This document shows positions 8,915 to 17,903 of a DNA stretch of 64,000 bases, piece by piece. Both the position numbers and the translations under genes were made by a program. A model generated the notes under the pieces. That model saw nothing but the letters and a program-made list of their open reading frames with translations. It ran no database searches and was not told the DNA's origin. Source of the DNA: Candidatus Woesearchaeota archaeon (GTDB lineage Archaea; Nanobdellota; Nanobdellia; SCGC-AAA011-G17; JAGVZY01). Every line of letters begins with the position of its first letter. Within the stretch, counting starts at the first letter, position 1. The stretch is from assembly GCA_018302225.1 (NCBI GenBank), contig JAGVZY010000010.1:6645-70644 (forward strand), in the 5' to 3' direction.

Positions 8915-9554
8915 TATTGGATTGTATGGGTTCGCAACAGATAAGTACTGTCTGTTAGGCAAGGATTTTAATAAGAAAGAAATAGATGAAATTCAAAAGA
9001 CTCTTAATGTACCTATTGTTCAAGCAGATATATACAATTCTTCTCTCATCGGAGTTTTTTGTAATGGTAATGAAGAAGTATTATTCATCCCAGAAGTTGC
9101 AAGAAAAACAGAAATAGAATTTCTTAAAACTCAAATGAAAAAGCTTAATGTCCAAGTAATTATTTTAAAGACAAAATACAACGCATTAGGAAATAATTTA
9201 ATTATTTATGGAAAAAAATGTTTATACAGTCCACTCATGAAAGATATTGCAGATGAAATAAAAAAATGTGGTTTTAAAATAGAAGAAACAAAATTCAACG
9301 AACATTTGTCTATAGGTTCATGTGCAGCAATAAACAAACATGGAATCTTATTATATAATAATGCTGATGAAAAAGATCTTAAAAAAATCTCAAGCTTCTT
9401 CAATCTAAAAGTAGAAATAGGAAGTATTAATTTCGGTAGTCCTTATGTACGCTCAGGAACATTAGTAAATTCAAATGGGGCAGTTGTTGGAACCCACACT
9501 ACAGGTTATGAAATAATGCGTTTAACGAGTGCTCTGGGTTTTGAAAACAACTAA
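8877..9554 (+). CDS. eif6: Translation initiation factor 6 (aIF6)
   Basis: LSLERNPNIGLYGFATDKYCLL... and the pentein-repeat pattern GSCAAINKHGILL, GTLVNSNGAVVG. Confidence 0.9.
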   Translation: MQIAKLSLERNPNIGLYGFATDKYCLLGKDFNKKEIDEIQKTLNVPIVQADIYNSSLIGVFCNGNEEVLFIPEVARKTEIEFLKTQMKKLNVQVIILKTKYNALGNNLIIYGKKCLYSPLMKDIADEIKKCGFKIEETKFNEHLSIGSCAAINKHGILLYNNADEKDLKKISSFFNLKVEIGSINFGSPYVRSGTLVNSNGAVVGTHTTGYEIMRLTSALGFENN

Positions 9555-9563
9555 AGAAATAAA

Positions 9564-9986
9564 ATGGAAAATAAATCGAATGAACAAGAAATGTATTATG
9601 AATATCAAGTCCTAACTCAAGAAGTTCAGCAACTACAGCAACAAATTGCTTTCTTTAATGAACAAGGCCTTGAAATAGAAACAATTCTTAATAGTTTAAA
9701 TGAAATTAAAAATTCAAAAAATGAAGAAATATTAGTTCCTCTAGCAGGAGGAATCTTTATCAAAGCAAATTTAAAAGACTCAGAAAAATTTATAGTTAAT
9801 ATTGGTTCAAATATCACAAAAGAAATGTCTACCCTTGAAGTCAGAAAAATGCTTCAAGAACAAAAATCTGAATTGGAACTAATAAAAAAACAACTAAACA
9901 ATACTTTCCTTGAAAAAATAAAAAGATTTACAGAACTCGAAAATTATATAATCTCTCATAGTGCTAAATCAAAAAAAGATTCTTGA
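9564..9986 (+). CDS. pfdA: Prefoldin alpha subunit
   Basis: Coiled coil - beta hairpins (ILVPLAGGIFIKANL...FIVNIGSNI) - coiled coil. Usual neighbourhood with aIF6. Confidence 0.8.
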   Translation: MENKSNEQEMYYEYQVLTQEVQQLQQQIAFFNEQGLEIETILNSLNEIKNSKNEEILVPLAGGIFIKANLKDSEKFIVNIGSNITKEMSTLEVRKMLQEQKSELELIKKQLNNTFLEKIKRFTELENYIISHSAKSKKDS

Positions 9987-11295
9987 ATTTTACTCTAGAA
10001 AAGATATACAAGAGGAGATTACAAGATTAGCTAAAGATAGAGAAATTCAAGTTTGGTTTAATGATCAACCTGGAAAAAGACCAGATACAATCCAATTTAA
10101 AGGAGATGTTCTTCAACTAGCAAAAAAAGGTGCAACTTCTTTTCATTTTTCTGAAGAACATTGGAATGATCCTGAACAATTAAAAGCAGGAATGACTAAA
10201 AATGAGCTAGATAAAAACAGACTAGGTTGGGATTTACTAATTGATATAGATACTAAATTCATTGAATATGCTCGAAAAACTGCAGAATTAATAGTCCAAG
10301 CATTTGAATCTTATGGAATAGAAAATTATTCTGTTAAATTCTCTGGAAACAAAGGTTTTCATCTCGCTGTACCTTACAAAGCATTTCCAAATGAAGTTAA
10401 TGGCCTAAATACAAAATTATTATTTCCTGATGGACCAAGGGTAATTGCAGCATATTTAAAACATTTAATAAAACCTTATCTAAGTAAGGAAATTCTAAAA
10501 ATGAGTACAAAAGAAGAAATTGCAAAATCTTTAAACATTGAAATAAAACAGCTTCTTGATGAAAAAGGTGAATTTAATCCATTCTCAATTATAGAATTAG
10601 ATACTGTTTTAATTTCTTCAAGGCATTTGTTTAGAGGAGTTTATTCTTTTAATGAAAAATCGGGTTTAGTTAGTATTCCAATAAAAAAAGGTTGTTTAAA
10701 AGATTTTAAATTAAGTGATGCCAAACCCGAAAATATAAAAGAAATAATTCCTTTTTTAGATGACAAAGACACAATTAAAAATGAAGCTAAAGCATTTATT
10801 ATTACAGCTTATGATTGGCACAGCAAACATACTTTACCCTTACTAAATATTTCTGAAAAAACTAAGGAATTAACTTTTGAGAAATTTGAAAGAGCAATTC
10901 CAAAAGAGCTATTCCCCAATTGTATAAAAATACCCTTAGAAAGGGGTTTAAAAGACGGTAAAAAGAGGTTTTTATTCATTTTGCTTAATTTTATAAGAAG
11001 CGCAGGTTGGAACTATGAAGATATAGAAAAAGAATTAAAAGAATGGAATACAAAAAATCCAGAACCCCTAAGAGAAACTTACTTACTCGGACAAATAAAT
11101 TGGCACAAGCATCAAAAGAAAAATATACTTCCACCAAATTGTACAAATTCTATTTACAAAGATCTAGGATTATGCATTCCCAATAATTTCTGTAAAAATA
11201 TAAAAAACCCAATGAGTAATGTTACAAGAAAATTAAGAACTTTCAAAAACAAACCAGAAAAGAAAACTGAAAAAAAAGCAAAAAATAAAAAATAG
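9961..11295 (+). CDS. priS: DNA primase, apparent fusion of PriS catalytic domain and PriL C-terminal Fe-S domain
   Basis: AEP motifs DLLIDIDT, FSGNKGFHLAVP, LFRGVYSFNEKSG. The C-terminal about 140 aa carries FPNC...RFLFILLNFIRSAGW...PPNC...LC...FC...NP, i.e. four Cys arranged as in PriL-CTD. Confidence 0.8.
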   Translation: MLNQKKILEFYSRKDIQEEITRLAKDREIQVWFNDQPGKRPDTIQFKGDVLQLAKKGATSFHFSEEHWNDPEQLKAGMTKNELDKNRLGWDLLIDIDTKFIEYARKTAELIVQAFESYGIENYSVKFSGNKGFHLAVPYKAFPNEVNGLNTKLLFPDGPRVIAAYLKHLIKPYLSKEILKMSTKEEIAKSLNIEIKQLLDEKGEFNPFSIIELDTVLISSRHLFRGVYSFNEKSGLVSIPIKKGCLKDFKLSDAKPENIKEIIPFLDDKDTIKNEAKAFIITAYDWHSKHTLPLLNISEKTKELTFEKFERAIPKELFPNCIKIPLERGLKDGKKRFLFILLNFIRSAGWNYEDIEKELKEWNTKNPEPLRETYLLGQINWHKHQKKNILPPNCTNSIYKDLGLCIPNNFCKNIKNPMSNVTRKLRTFKNKPEKKTEKKAKNKK

Positions 11296-11601
11296 TTATT
11301 TTTTCTTTTTATTTGATTTCTGAGTATTTTTCTTTATAATTTCAAGATCCTTTTTTATTTCTTCAATATCTAATTTAATATTTTTAATATTTTTGTTTAG
11401 TTTTTTTCCTGAAAGCCATTTCAAAATTAAAAATAACAAATAAGCACCAAAAACACCCCCCAAAAATAATTGTAAGATGTCTGTAATCATTTGTAATTTA
11501 TCTGCTATGGGTACAAGAATTGTTGCAGCATCGCCTAAGTTAGCTTGTTGTAACAATTCAGTTGCATTTGTTGCTACTTCTGCACCACTTATTCCAATCA
11601 T
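11296..11601 (-). CDS. Small single-TM protein with lysine-rich C-terminus (holin-like features)
   Basis: 101 aa. One hydrophobic span ITDILQLFLGGVFGAYLLFLILKWL, then KKLNKNIKNIK...KKKK. Immediately downstream of the amidase on the same strand. Confidence 0.5.
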   Translation of the reverse strand: MIGISGAEVATNATELLQQANLGDAATILVPIADKLQMITDILQLFLGGVFGAYLLFLILKWLSGKKLNKNIKNIKLDIEEIKKDLEIIKKNTQKSNKKKK

Positions 11602-11636
11602 ATATCTATTAAATTAAGGGTAATTTATAAATTTTC

Positions 11637-12041
11637 TTAATTAAAAATTAAACTTTTAATTCTTTCTAAGTCAAAATTCTTTCCTGGACAATATTTCTCA
11701 GAAATTTGTGAATGTGTTAAAATACTCTCACTATCAAAATCATACTTCTCGACAAGCTCTTTACACAATTTAATTAGAGCATCTTCTTGCTCTTTAGTCA
11801 ATTTATCTTTATCCAAATTTGCAATCAGACAAATACCTATAGAATCTTGATTATAACCCAAAGCATGTGCACCAACACTTTTAACATCTCTACCCCTAAA
11901 AACAGTTCCTTTTTGATCAATTAAATAATGATAACCTATATCCTCCCATTTATACTCTTGAACATGAAGTTGCCTTATAGTTTCTAATGTATATTCTTTA
12001 TGTCCAGAATGATGAATAATTAGCTTATTTATTTGTCTCAT
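11637..12041 (-). CDS. N-acetylmuramoyl-L-alanine amidase, T7-lysozyme/PGRP (Amidase_2) type
   Basis: IIHHSG..., DIGYHYLIDQKGTVFRGRD, VGAHALGYNQDSIGICL and HSQIS..YCPGKNFD resemble T7 lysozyme along the whole length. Start set at MRQINK because the longer ORF overlaps tRNA-Cys. Confidence 0.85.
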   Translation of the reverse strand: MRQINKLIIHHSGHKEYTLETIRQLHVQEYKWEDIGYHYLIDQKGTVFRGRDVKSVGAHALGYNQDSIGICLIANLDKDKLTKEQEDALIKLCKELVEKYDFDSESILTHSQISEKYCPGKNFDLERIKSLIFN

Positions 12042-12050
12042 ATAAGAAAA

Positions 12051-12125
12051 AGGGCAGAGAGGGATTTGAACCCCCAATCTTTCGCTCTGCAGGCGAATGC
12101 CTTAACCGGATTCGGCTATCTGCCC
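12051..12125 (-). tRNA. tRNA-Cys (GCA)
   Basis: Reverse complement folds as a cloverleaf: acceptor GGGCAGA/TCTGCCC, anticodon arm TTCGC-CTGCAGA-GCGAA, T-loop TTCAAAT. Confidence 0.9.
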
Positions 12126-12126
12126 A

Positions 12127-12250
12127 CGGGCCTGGCAGGATTTGAACCTGCGACCTACTGCTTACTTCCTCCCATTTATTTGGGATGATAAACCTTTTCT
12201 AAAGGTTTATTTAGAAGGCAGTTGCGCTATCCAGGCTGCGCTACAGGCCC
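12127..12250 (-). tRNA. tRNA-Arg (UCU) with 49-nt intron at the canonical 37/38 position
   Basis: Acceptor GGGCCTG/CAGGCCC, D arm GCGC-AGCCTGGATA-GCGC, anticodon stem ACTGC...GCAGT, T arm GCAGG-TTCAAAT-CCTGC. Intron about 12163-12211. The anticodon region CTTC pairs with intron GGAAG (BHB-like). Confidence 0.85.
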
Positions 12251-12293
12251 ATAAGTTAGTTTTTAAAGTTATAAGTTTATAAGGTTTTCCGAA

Positions 12294-12378
12294 ATGTTTG
12301 CACAGCAAACATACGTTTAATCTTTGATTAAACGATACTTAAATCTTGATTTAAGATTGTTTTTTATTAAAAAACAAT
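12294..12378. other. Four consecutive perfect hairpins/palindromes between the tRNA promoter and the leuS promoter
   Basis: atgtttgc-aca-gcaaacat (12294-12312), cgtttaatc-ttt-gattaaacg (12314-12334), cttaaatc-tt-gatttaag (12338-12355), attgtttttt-att-aaaaaacaat (12356-12378). Confidence 0.7.
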
Positions 12379-12380
12379 AT

Positions 12381-12390
12381 ATTTATATAA
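12381..12390 (+). promoter_or_regulatory. TATA-box-like element for leuS (near-leaderless spacing)
   Basis: atttatataa centred about 27 nt upstream of ATG 12413. Confidence 0.45.
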
Positions 12391-12412
12391 ATTCACCTTA
12401 TTTTTAGATTCT

Positions 12413-14842
12413 ATGGATATTATTAAAATTCACAAAAAATGGCAAAAGAAATGGGAAGAATCTAAAATCTTCAAAATTAAAGAAGATTCTAAAAAACAAA
12501 AATATTATTGTTTAGAAATGTTCCCTTATCCAAGTGCCAGTGGTCTTCACGTGGGCCATGCATTTAATTATATTATTGGGGATATTTATTCTAGATTTAA
12601 AAGAATGAACAATTTTAATGTTCTTTATCCAATGGGTTATGATGCATTTGGATTGCCTGCAGAAAATGCAGCAATTAAAGTTGGAATACATCCAAGAAAA
12701 TTCACTGAAGATTCAATAAATACTTTCACAAAACAACAAAAAGAACTTGGATTAAGTTATGATTGGGATAGAATGTTAAAAACTTGTGATGAAGATTATT
12801 ATAAGTGGAATCAATATTTTTTCTTAAAATTTATGGAAAAAGGTTTAGTTTATAGAAAAAATGCTCCTGTTAATTGGTGTCCTGAATGTAATACTGTTCT
12901 AGCAAACGAGCAAGTTAAAGATGGAAAATGCTGGAGACATCAAAAAACTTTAGTTCAAGAAAAACATCTAGAACAATGGTTCATTAAAACCACAAAGTAT
13001 TCTGATGAATTATTAGATAAAGTAGATTCCTTAGCCTGGCCAGATAGAATTAAAATAATGCAAAAGAATTGGATTGGAAAAAGCTATGGTACTGAAATAA
13101 ATTTTAAAATAAATGATAAATCTTGGCCAATTTTTACAACACGTCCAGACACTATTTACGGTGTAACTTTTATGGTTGTTTCAGCACAACATCCTAGATT
13201 AAATGAATTAGTTATTGAAAAACAAAAAAAAGAAGTTGAATCATTCTTAAAAAAAATAAAAACTCTAAATGAAGAAGAATTAGAAAAAGAAGGGGCATTC
13301 ACTGGAAGTTATGCTATTAATCCCTTAACTAATGAAAAAGTTCCAGTTTGGGCAGGAAACTTTGTAATTGCAGACTATGGTTCTGGAATGGTAATGGCTG
13401 TTCCTGCACATGATGCAAGAGACTATGATTTTGCCAAAAAATATAAAATTCCAATTAAAGAAGTAATCAAAGGTGGAAACATTAAAAAACAAGTTTATAC
13501 TGAAAAAGGTATTTTAATCAACTCTGAAAAATTCTCAGGTTTAGATAACGAAAAAGCTAAACAAGAAATTACTAAATACTTAGAAAACAAAAAATTAGGA
13601 AAAAAAGATTTACAATACAAATTTAGAGATTGGTTAATTTCTAGACAAAGATACTGGGGAACACCAATTCCAGTTACATATTGTAAAAAATGCGGGATAG
13701 TCCCTATTCCATACAATGAACTTCCAATTAAACTTCCTGAAAAAGTTAAATTCGGCGAAGGTAATCCTCTAGCAACAAACAAAGATTTTGTTAATACTAA
13801 ATGTCCTAAATGTAAAGGTTCTGCAAAAAGAGAAACAGACACAATGGATACTTTCTTTGACTCTTCATGGTATTTCTTAAGATTCTGTGATACTTTAAAT
13901 ACAAAAGAACCTTTTAATAAAAACAAAGTAAATTACTGGATGACTGTTGATCAGTATATAGGTGGAGCAGAACATGCTTGTATGCACTTAATCTATGCAA
14001 GATTTTTCACAAAAGCACTTAGAGATATGGGTTATGTTAAATTTGATGAGCCCTTTACAAGACTATTCAATCAAGGAATGTTGCATGGAGAAGATGGTTC
14101 TGTTATGAGCAAATCTGCAGGTAATGGTGTGGATCCTTCAATAACTATCGCCAAATATGGAACAGATTCGCTAAGATTATTCTTAGTTTCAGTTGCGATG
14201 CCTAACAAAGACTTTGCGTGGAGTACAACAGGCATAGAAAGCGTATATAAATTTTTAAACAAAGTTTGTGAATATTATGATAATATCAAAGTTGGAAAAT
14301 CTAGTAAAAAGATTGAAAGTAAAGTAAACAAAACAATAAAAGAAATAACTGCCGATATTGAAGAATTCAAATATAACCTCGCAGTAATCAAATTAAGAGA
14401 ATTATTTGAGGTTTTAGAATCTGAAAAAGAAATAGGAAAACAAGAACTAAATAATTATTTAAAATTATTAAGTATATTTTGTCCACACCTGACTGAAGAA
14501 TATTGGGAAAAATTAGGTAACAAAGGATTTATTTCAATCTCTGATTGGCCAAAATATGATGCTAAAAAAATAGATAATAATATTGAACAACAAGAACAAA
14601 TTATTGAAAAAACAATAGAAGATGTTAGAAATATCTTAAAAATAGTTAAAATACAACCAAAAAAAGTTTATTTCTATTTAATTCCAAAAGAAAAAGAAGT
14701 TTTTGAAGCTCATAAAGAACAAATTGAAAGAAGTTTAAACCTAGAAGTCAAATTCTTTGCGGTTAATGATAAAAATAAATATGACCCTCAAAACAAAGCA
14801 AATAAAGCCAAATTAGGCAAACCTGCTATTTACTTAGAGTAA
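12413..14842 (+). CDS. leuS: Leucyl-tRNA synthetase, bacterial-type sequence
   Basis: KYYCLEMFPYPSASGLHVGH (HIGH), YDAFGLPAENAA, VNWCPECNTVLANEQVKDGKCWR, MQKNWIGKS, VMSKSAGNG (KMSKS). Confidence 0.95.
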   Translation: MDIIKIHKKWQKKWEESKIFKIKEDSKKQKYYCLEMFPYPSASGLHVGHAFNYIIGDIYSRFKRMNNFNVLYPMGYDAFGLPAENAAIKVGIHPRKFTEDSINTFTKQQKELGLSYDWDRMLKTCDEDYYKWNQYFFLKFMEKGLVYRKNAPVNWCPECNTVLANEQVKDGKCWRHQKTLVQEKHLEQWFIKTTKYSDELLDKVDSLAWPDRIKIMQKNWIGKSYGTEINFKINDKSWPIFTTRPDTIYGVTFMVVSAQHPRLNELVIEKQKKEVESFLKKIKTLNEEELEKEGAFTGSYAINPLTNEKVPVWAGNFVIADYGSGMVMAVPAHDARDYDFAKKYKIPIKEVIKGGNIKKQVYTEKGILINSEKFSGLDNEKAKQEITKYLENKKLGKKDLQYKFRDWLISRQRYWGTPIPVTYCKKCGIVPIPYNELPIKLPEKVKFGEGNPLATNKDFVNTKCPKCKGSAKRETDTMDTFFDSSWYFLRFCDTLNTKEPFNKNKVNYWMTVDQYIGGAEHACMHLIYARFFTKALRDMGYVKFDEPFTRLFNQGMLHGEDGSVMSKSAGNGVDPSITIAKYGTDSLRLFLVSVAMPNKDFAWSTTGIESVYKFLNKVCEYYDNIKVGKSSKKIESKVNKTIKEITADIEEFKYNLAVIKLRELFEVLESEKEIGKQELNNYLKLLSIFCPHLTEEYWEKLGNKGFISISDWPKYDAKKIDNNIEQQEQIIEKTIEDVRNILKIVKIQPKKVYFYLIPKEKEVFEAHKEQIERSLNLEVKFFAVNDKNKYDPQNKANKAKLGKPAIYLE

Positions 14843-14881
14843 GAGCATAAATTTTTATACTTCTTAATTATTTTAAGTCTA

Positions 14882-15709
14882 ATGTTAAGTTTTAAAGAGG
14901 TGATTCATTCTATTCAGAGAAATCTAAAATTGCTTTTAAGATACTCCATACTCTCATTTAAAGACATTACTGAATACAAGTTCACTTTTTTCTCAGCAAT
15001 GTTTTTTGTAATCATTGGTACTCTAACAAATTTTTTAACTTGGAAAGTTATGCTTGGAAATCAAACAAATTTTTTAGGGTGGACTCTCCCAGAACTGCTT
15101 ATACTTTCATTTGCAACGGGAATCTATATATCTATTGTAGAATGTTTATTGGGTTTTTTATATCTTGAAGAATACATTTTAGAAGGAATACTTGATTTAA
15201 TCTTAGTTAGACCCATAAATTCTTTTTATCACATCATTTTAAAAGGAATAAACATGTTTTTGTTATTAAGAATGTTTCTTGCAGAAATACCTATGTTAAT
15301 TTTTATATCCATTTATTTTAAACTAAATCTGAATTGGTTAAATATTTTAGGATTTATATTTTTCTTAACTATCTCTTCGATTTTAGTAATTTTAATATTA
15401 AGCATATTTTTTATGAGTGCCTTCTGGTTAGGTAGAAATGAATTTATTTATAGTATTCATAGTGCTTTTGAGAACTATATAAACAAGCCTCTAGATTTAT
15501 TCCCGAATGTAATAAAAATATTATTCACATTTATTTATCCTTTAATATTTGTGTCTGTAATACCTACAAAAGTTCTATTAGGGAAATTAAGTTTTACTCA
15601 ACTAAGTAGTTATTTAGGAATAATAATTATATTATTTATAATCTGGGGATTTATAGCATATAAAGTATGGAATAAAGGACTTAAAAGATATGAGGGTGGA
15701 TCTGGATGA
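14882..15709 (+). CDS. ABC-2 family transporter permease (DUF990-like)
   Basis: Polytopic 275-aa protein, paralogous to the next ORF. Both end in WNKGLKRY(E/D)..G. Overlapping stop/start with the next gene. Confidence 0.6.
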   Translation: MLSFKEVIHSIQRNLKLLLRYSILSFKDITEYKFTFFSAMFFVIIGTLTNFLTWKVMLGNQTNFLGWTLPELLILSFATGIYISIVECLLGFLYLEEYILEGILDLILVRPINSFYHIILKGINMFLLLRMFLAEIPMLIFISIYFKLNLNWLNILGFIFFLTISSILVILILSIFFMSAFWLGRNEFIYSIHSAFENYINKPLDLFPNVIKILFTFIYPLIFVSVIPTKVLLGKLSFTQLSSYLGIIIILFIIWGFIAYKVWNKGLKRYEGGSG

Positions 15710-16506
15710 AAAGAACATTTAAAAAATATTTAAGCCATGCAAGATGTTACTTTAATGAAACTACAGCCTATAAAATTCAGCTCTTAGCTTCACTATTATG
15801 GTATCCAATCATGTTAGGTTTATTTGCAATGCTTTGGAATATAGTTTATACTTTAAGAGGGGATAATTTAATTGGTGGTTTAACTCTAACTGAAACCTTA
15901 ATTTATTTTGGATTAGTAAGAGCCTTAATTTACATAAGAATAGGAAAAACAAAAACCTCCAGGGTTATTATACGTGGAAGATTAGACTATGAACTAATAA
16001 GACCCACTTATTATTTTATAAAATCTTGCTTACGTGAATTTGTAAAAAGTTTAGTTCAATTTGCGGCGGCCTTATTTTTCTTTTTTATAATTAGTTTAAT
16101 ATTTGGTTGGAAAGTACAAACAAATATATTTAGTTTAATATTATTTTTAATTAGTATTATGCTTATGTTTTTACTAAGTTATGTATTTGCAGAGATTATG
16201 AGTATTTTAACATTCTGGTTTAAATCAGACAATCCATTTACATGGTTATTTGGCGGAATATTAAGATTTTGTGGTGGTGAATTAGTTCCATTAAGTATGC
16301 TTCCACTCTGGTTTGCTACAATTAACAATTATCTGCCTTTCAAATATATGATTGCTACACCGATTTATATTTATTTAAACAAATATCCAATATTAGAGAG
16401 TTTGCAACAAGTAGGATTACAGTTTATTTGGATTATAATCCTATTTTTAATCTTAAGTATAATTTGGAACAAAGGTTTAAAAAGATACGATTCTCAAGGT
16501 GGTTGA
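15706..16506 (+). CDS. ABC-2 family transporter permease (second subunit)
   Basis: Polytopic 266 aa with the same C-terminal motif. Coupled to the ATPase gene. Confidence 0.6.
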   Translation: MKRTFKKYLSHARCYFNETTAYKIQLLASLLWYPIMLGLFAMLWNIVYTLRGDNLIGGLTLTETLIYFGLVRALIYIRIGKTKTSRVIIRGRLDYELIRPTYYFIKSCLREFVKSLVQFAAALFFFFIISLIFGWKVQTNIFSLILFLISIMLMFLLSYVFAEIMSILTFWFKSDNPFTWLFGGILRFCGGELVPLSMLPLWFATINNYLPFKYMIATPIYIYLNKYPILESLQQVGLQFIWIIILFLILSIIWNKGLKRYDSQGG

Positions 16507-17527
16507 CATGGACAAAAGAGTAATAAGCGTGAAAAATCTTAAGAAAAAATTTAAAGTACCGATTAAGACCAAATCTAATTTTATCCATAAAATAATTGAA
16601 ATATTTTATAAAAAATATGAAACTAAAGAAATATTACATGGAATAAATTTTGAAGTTAATCGAGGTGAATTTATAGGTTATCTTGGACCAAATGGTGCAG
16701 GAAAATCAACTACAATTAAAATAATGACAGGTATTTTAATTCCAGATTCTGGAAAAATAGATATTTTAGGATTTAACCCTTCTAAACAAAGGTATAAATA
16801 CACTTTTAATATTGGTGCAGTTTTTGGGCACAAATCATTATTATGGTATGATATACCAGTTATAGAATCTTTTAAATTATACAAAGATGTTTACGAACTT
16901 AATGAAAAAGAATTTAATGAAAGATTAAATTTCTTTATTGATAAATTAAAATTAGATAAATATCTTCATATTCCAGTTAGAAAGCTAAGTTTGGGTGAAA
17001 GAATGAGATGTGAAATTGCGGCATCTTTATTACATAATCCAAAAATTGTATTCCTAGATGAACCAACTATCGGCTTAGACGTTGTTGCCAAAGAAGAAAT
17101 TAGGAATTTCTTAAGAACAATAAATAAAAAAGAAAAAACAACCATTATTTTAACAACCCATGATATGGGCGATATAGAAGAATTATGTAAAAGAGTAATT
17201 TTAATTGATGAAGGAAAAATAGTTTATGATGGCGATTTAGATAAACTAAAAGCAAAATATGTAAAATCTAAAGAAATAAAATTTGAGTTTACAAAACTTA
17301 AAAAGAAACAGGAATTTGATAAATTAATAAAACAATTTGAAATTATTGAAAAAACAGGAAATTATTACAAATTAAAAATAGATCTAACCAAATTTGATGT
17401 TCCAAAAATTGTTAAACAAATCATGGACTCTTGTGAAGTTATTGATTTAAATATTACAGAACCTAAATTAGAAGCAGTAATGCGTGAAATCTATAAGCAC
17501 CAAGATAAAATAAGGAAACAAACTTAA
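16499..17527 (+). CDS. ABC transporter ATP-binding protein
   Basis: Walker A GPNGAGKST, signature LSLGERMR, Walker B VFLDEPTIGLD. The start may be ATG 16508. Confidence 0.9.
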   Translation: MVDMDKRVISVKNLKKKFKVPIKTKSNFIHKIIEIFYKKYETKEILHGINFEVNRGEFIGYLGPNGAGKSTTIKIMTGILIPDSGKIDILGFNPSKQRYKYTFNIGAVFGHKSLLWYDIPVIESFKLYKDVYELNEKEFNERLNFFIDKLKLDKYLHIPVRKLSLGERMRCEIAASLLHNPKIVFLDEPTIGLDVVAKEEIRNFLRTINKKEKTTIILTTHDMGDIEELCKRVILIDEGKIVYDGDLDKLKAKYVKSKEIKFEFTKLKKKQEFDKLIKQFEIIEKTGNYYKLKIDLTKFDVPKIVKQIMDSCEVIDLNITEPKLEAVMREIYKHQDKIRKQT

Positions 17528-17550
17528 ACCTTTTTATTCTTTTTTTAAAT

Positions 17551-17880
17551 ATGAAAAAATACTGGCTCTTAGCCTTAATTTGGACCGGATTTATATTTTA
17601 TTTATCATCCAAAACTGCTCCAGCAAGCTCAATTGGACAAGGAGATTCTTTATTTGGTTATATTGCACATTTCTATTTATTCGGAATATTGGGGGTATTG
17701 TATTACTTAAGTTTAAAAGAAGCCCAGGTTAAAAGAGAGTATTTCCTGGCTTTAATATTATTAATAGGTTATGCCTTATTTGATGAAACGCACCAATTAT
17801 TCACACCTGGAAGAACATTTCAAATAATAGATTTAGCAATTGATAGTTTTTCAGGTTTAATTATTTTCTATTTTAAATAA
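17551..17880 (+). CDS. VanZ-like family membrane protein
   Basis: Four TM segments with the DETHQLFTPGR...D...D..G motif. Confidence 0.7.
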   Translation: MKKYWLLALIWTGFIFYLSSKTAPASSIGQGDSLFGYIAHFYLFGILGVLYYLSLKEAQVKREYFLALILLIGYALFDETHQLFTPGRTFQIIDLAIDSFSGLIIFYFK

Positions 17881-17903
17881 GTACTGGATTATTTATTTTT
17901 AAG

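Noticed and set aside
12042-12077. N-terminal extension of the amidase ORF (MGVQIPLCPFSY...).
   Set aside because: It overlaps the 3' part of tRNA-Cys. The internal Met (MRQINK) coincides with the start of the amidase domain.
13495-13926. Antisense or internal ORFs inside strongly supported genes: 13495-13926, 14071-14262, 7204-7410, 21873-22160, 47537-47845, 53241-53567, 57331-57612, 60963-61322.
   Set aside because: Each lies within a gene with clear family motifs on the other strand or frame. Long spurious ORFs are expected in AT-rich DNA with few stop-generating contexts on the antisense strand.
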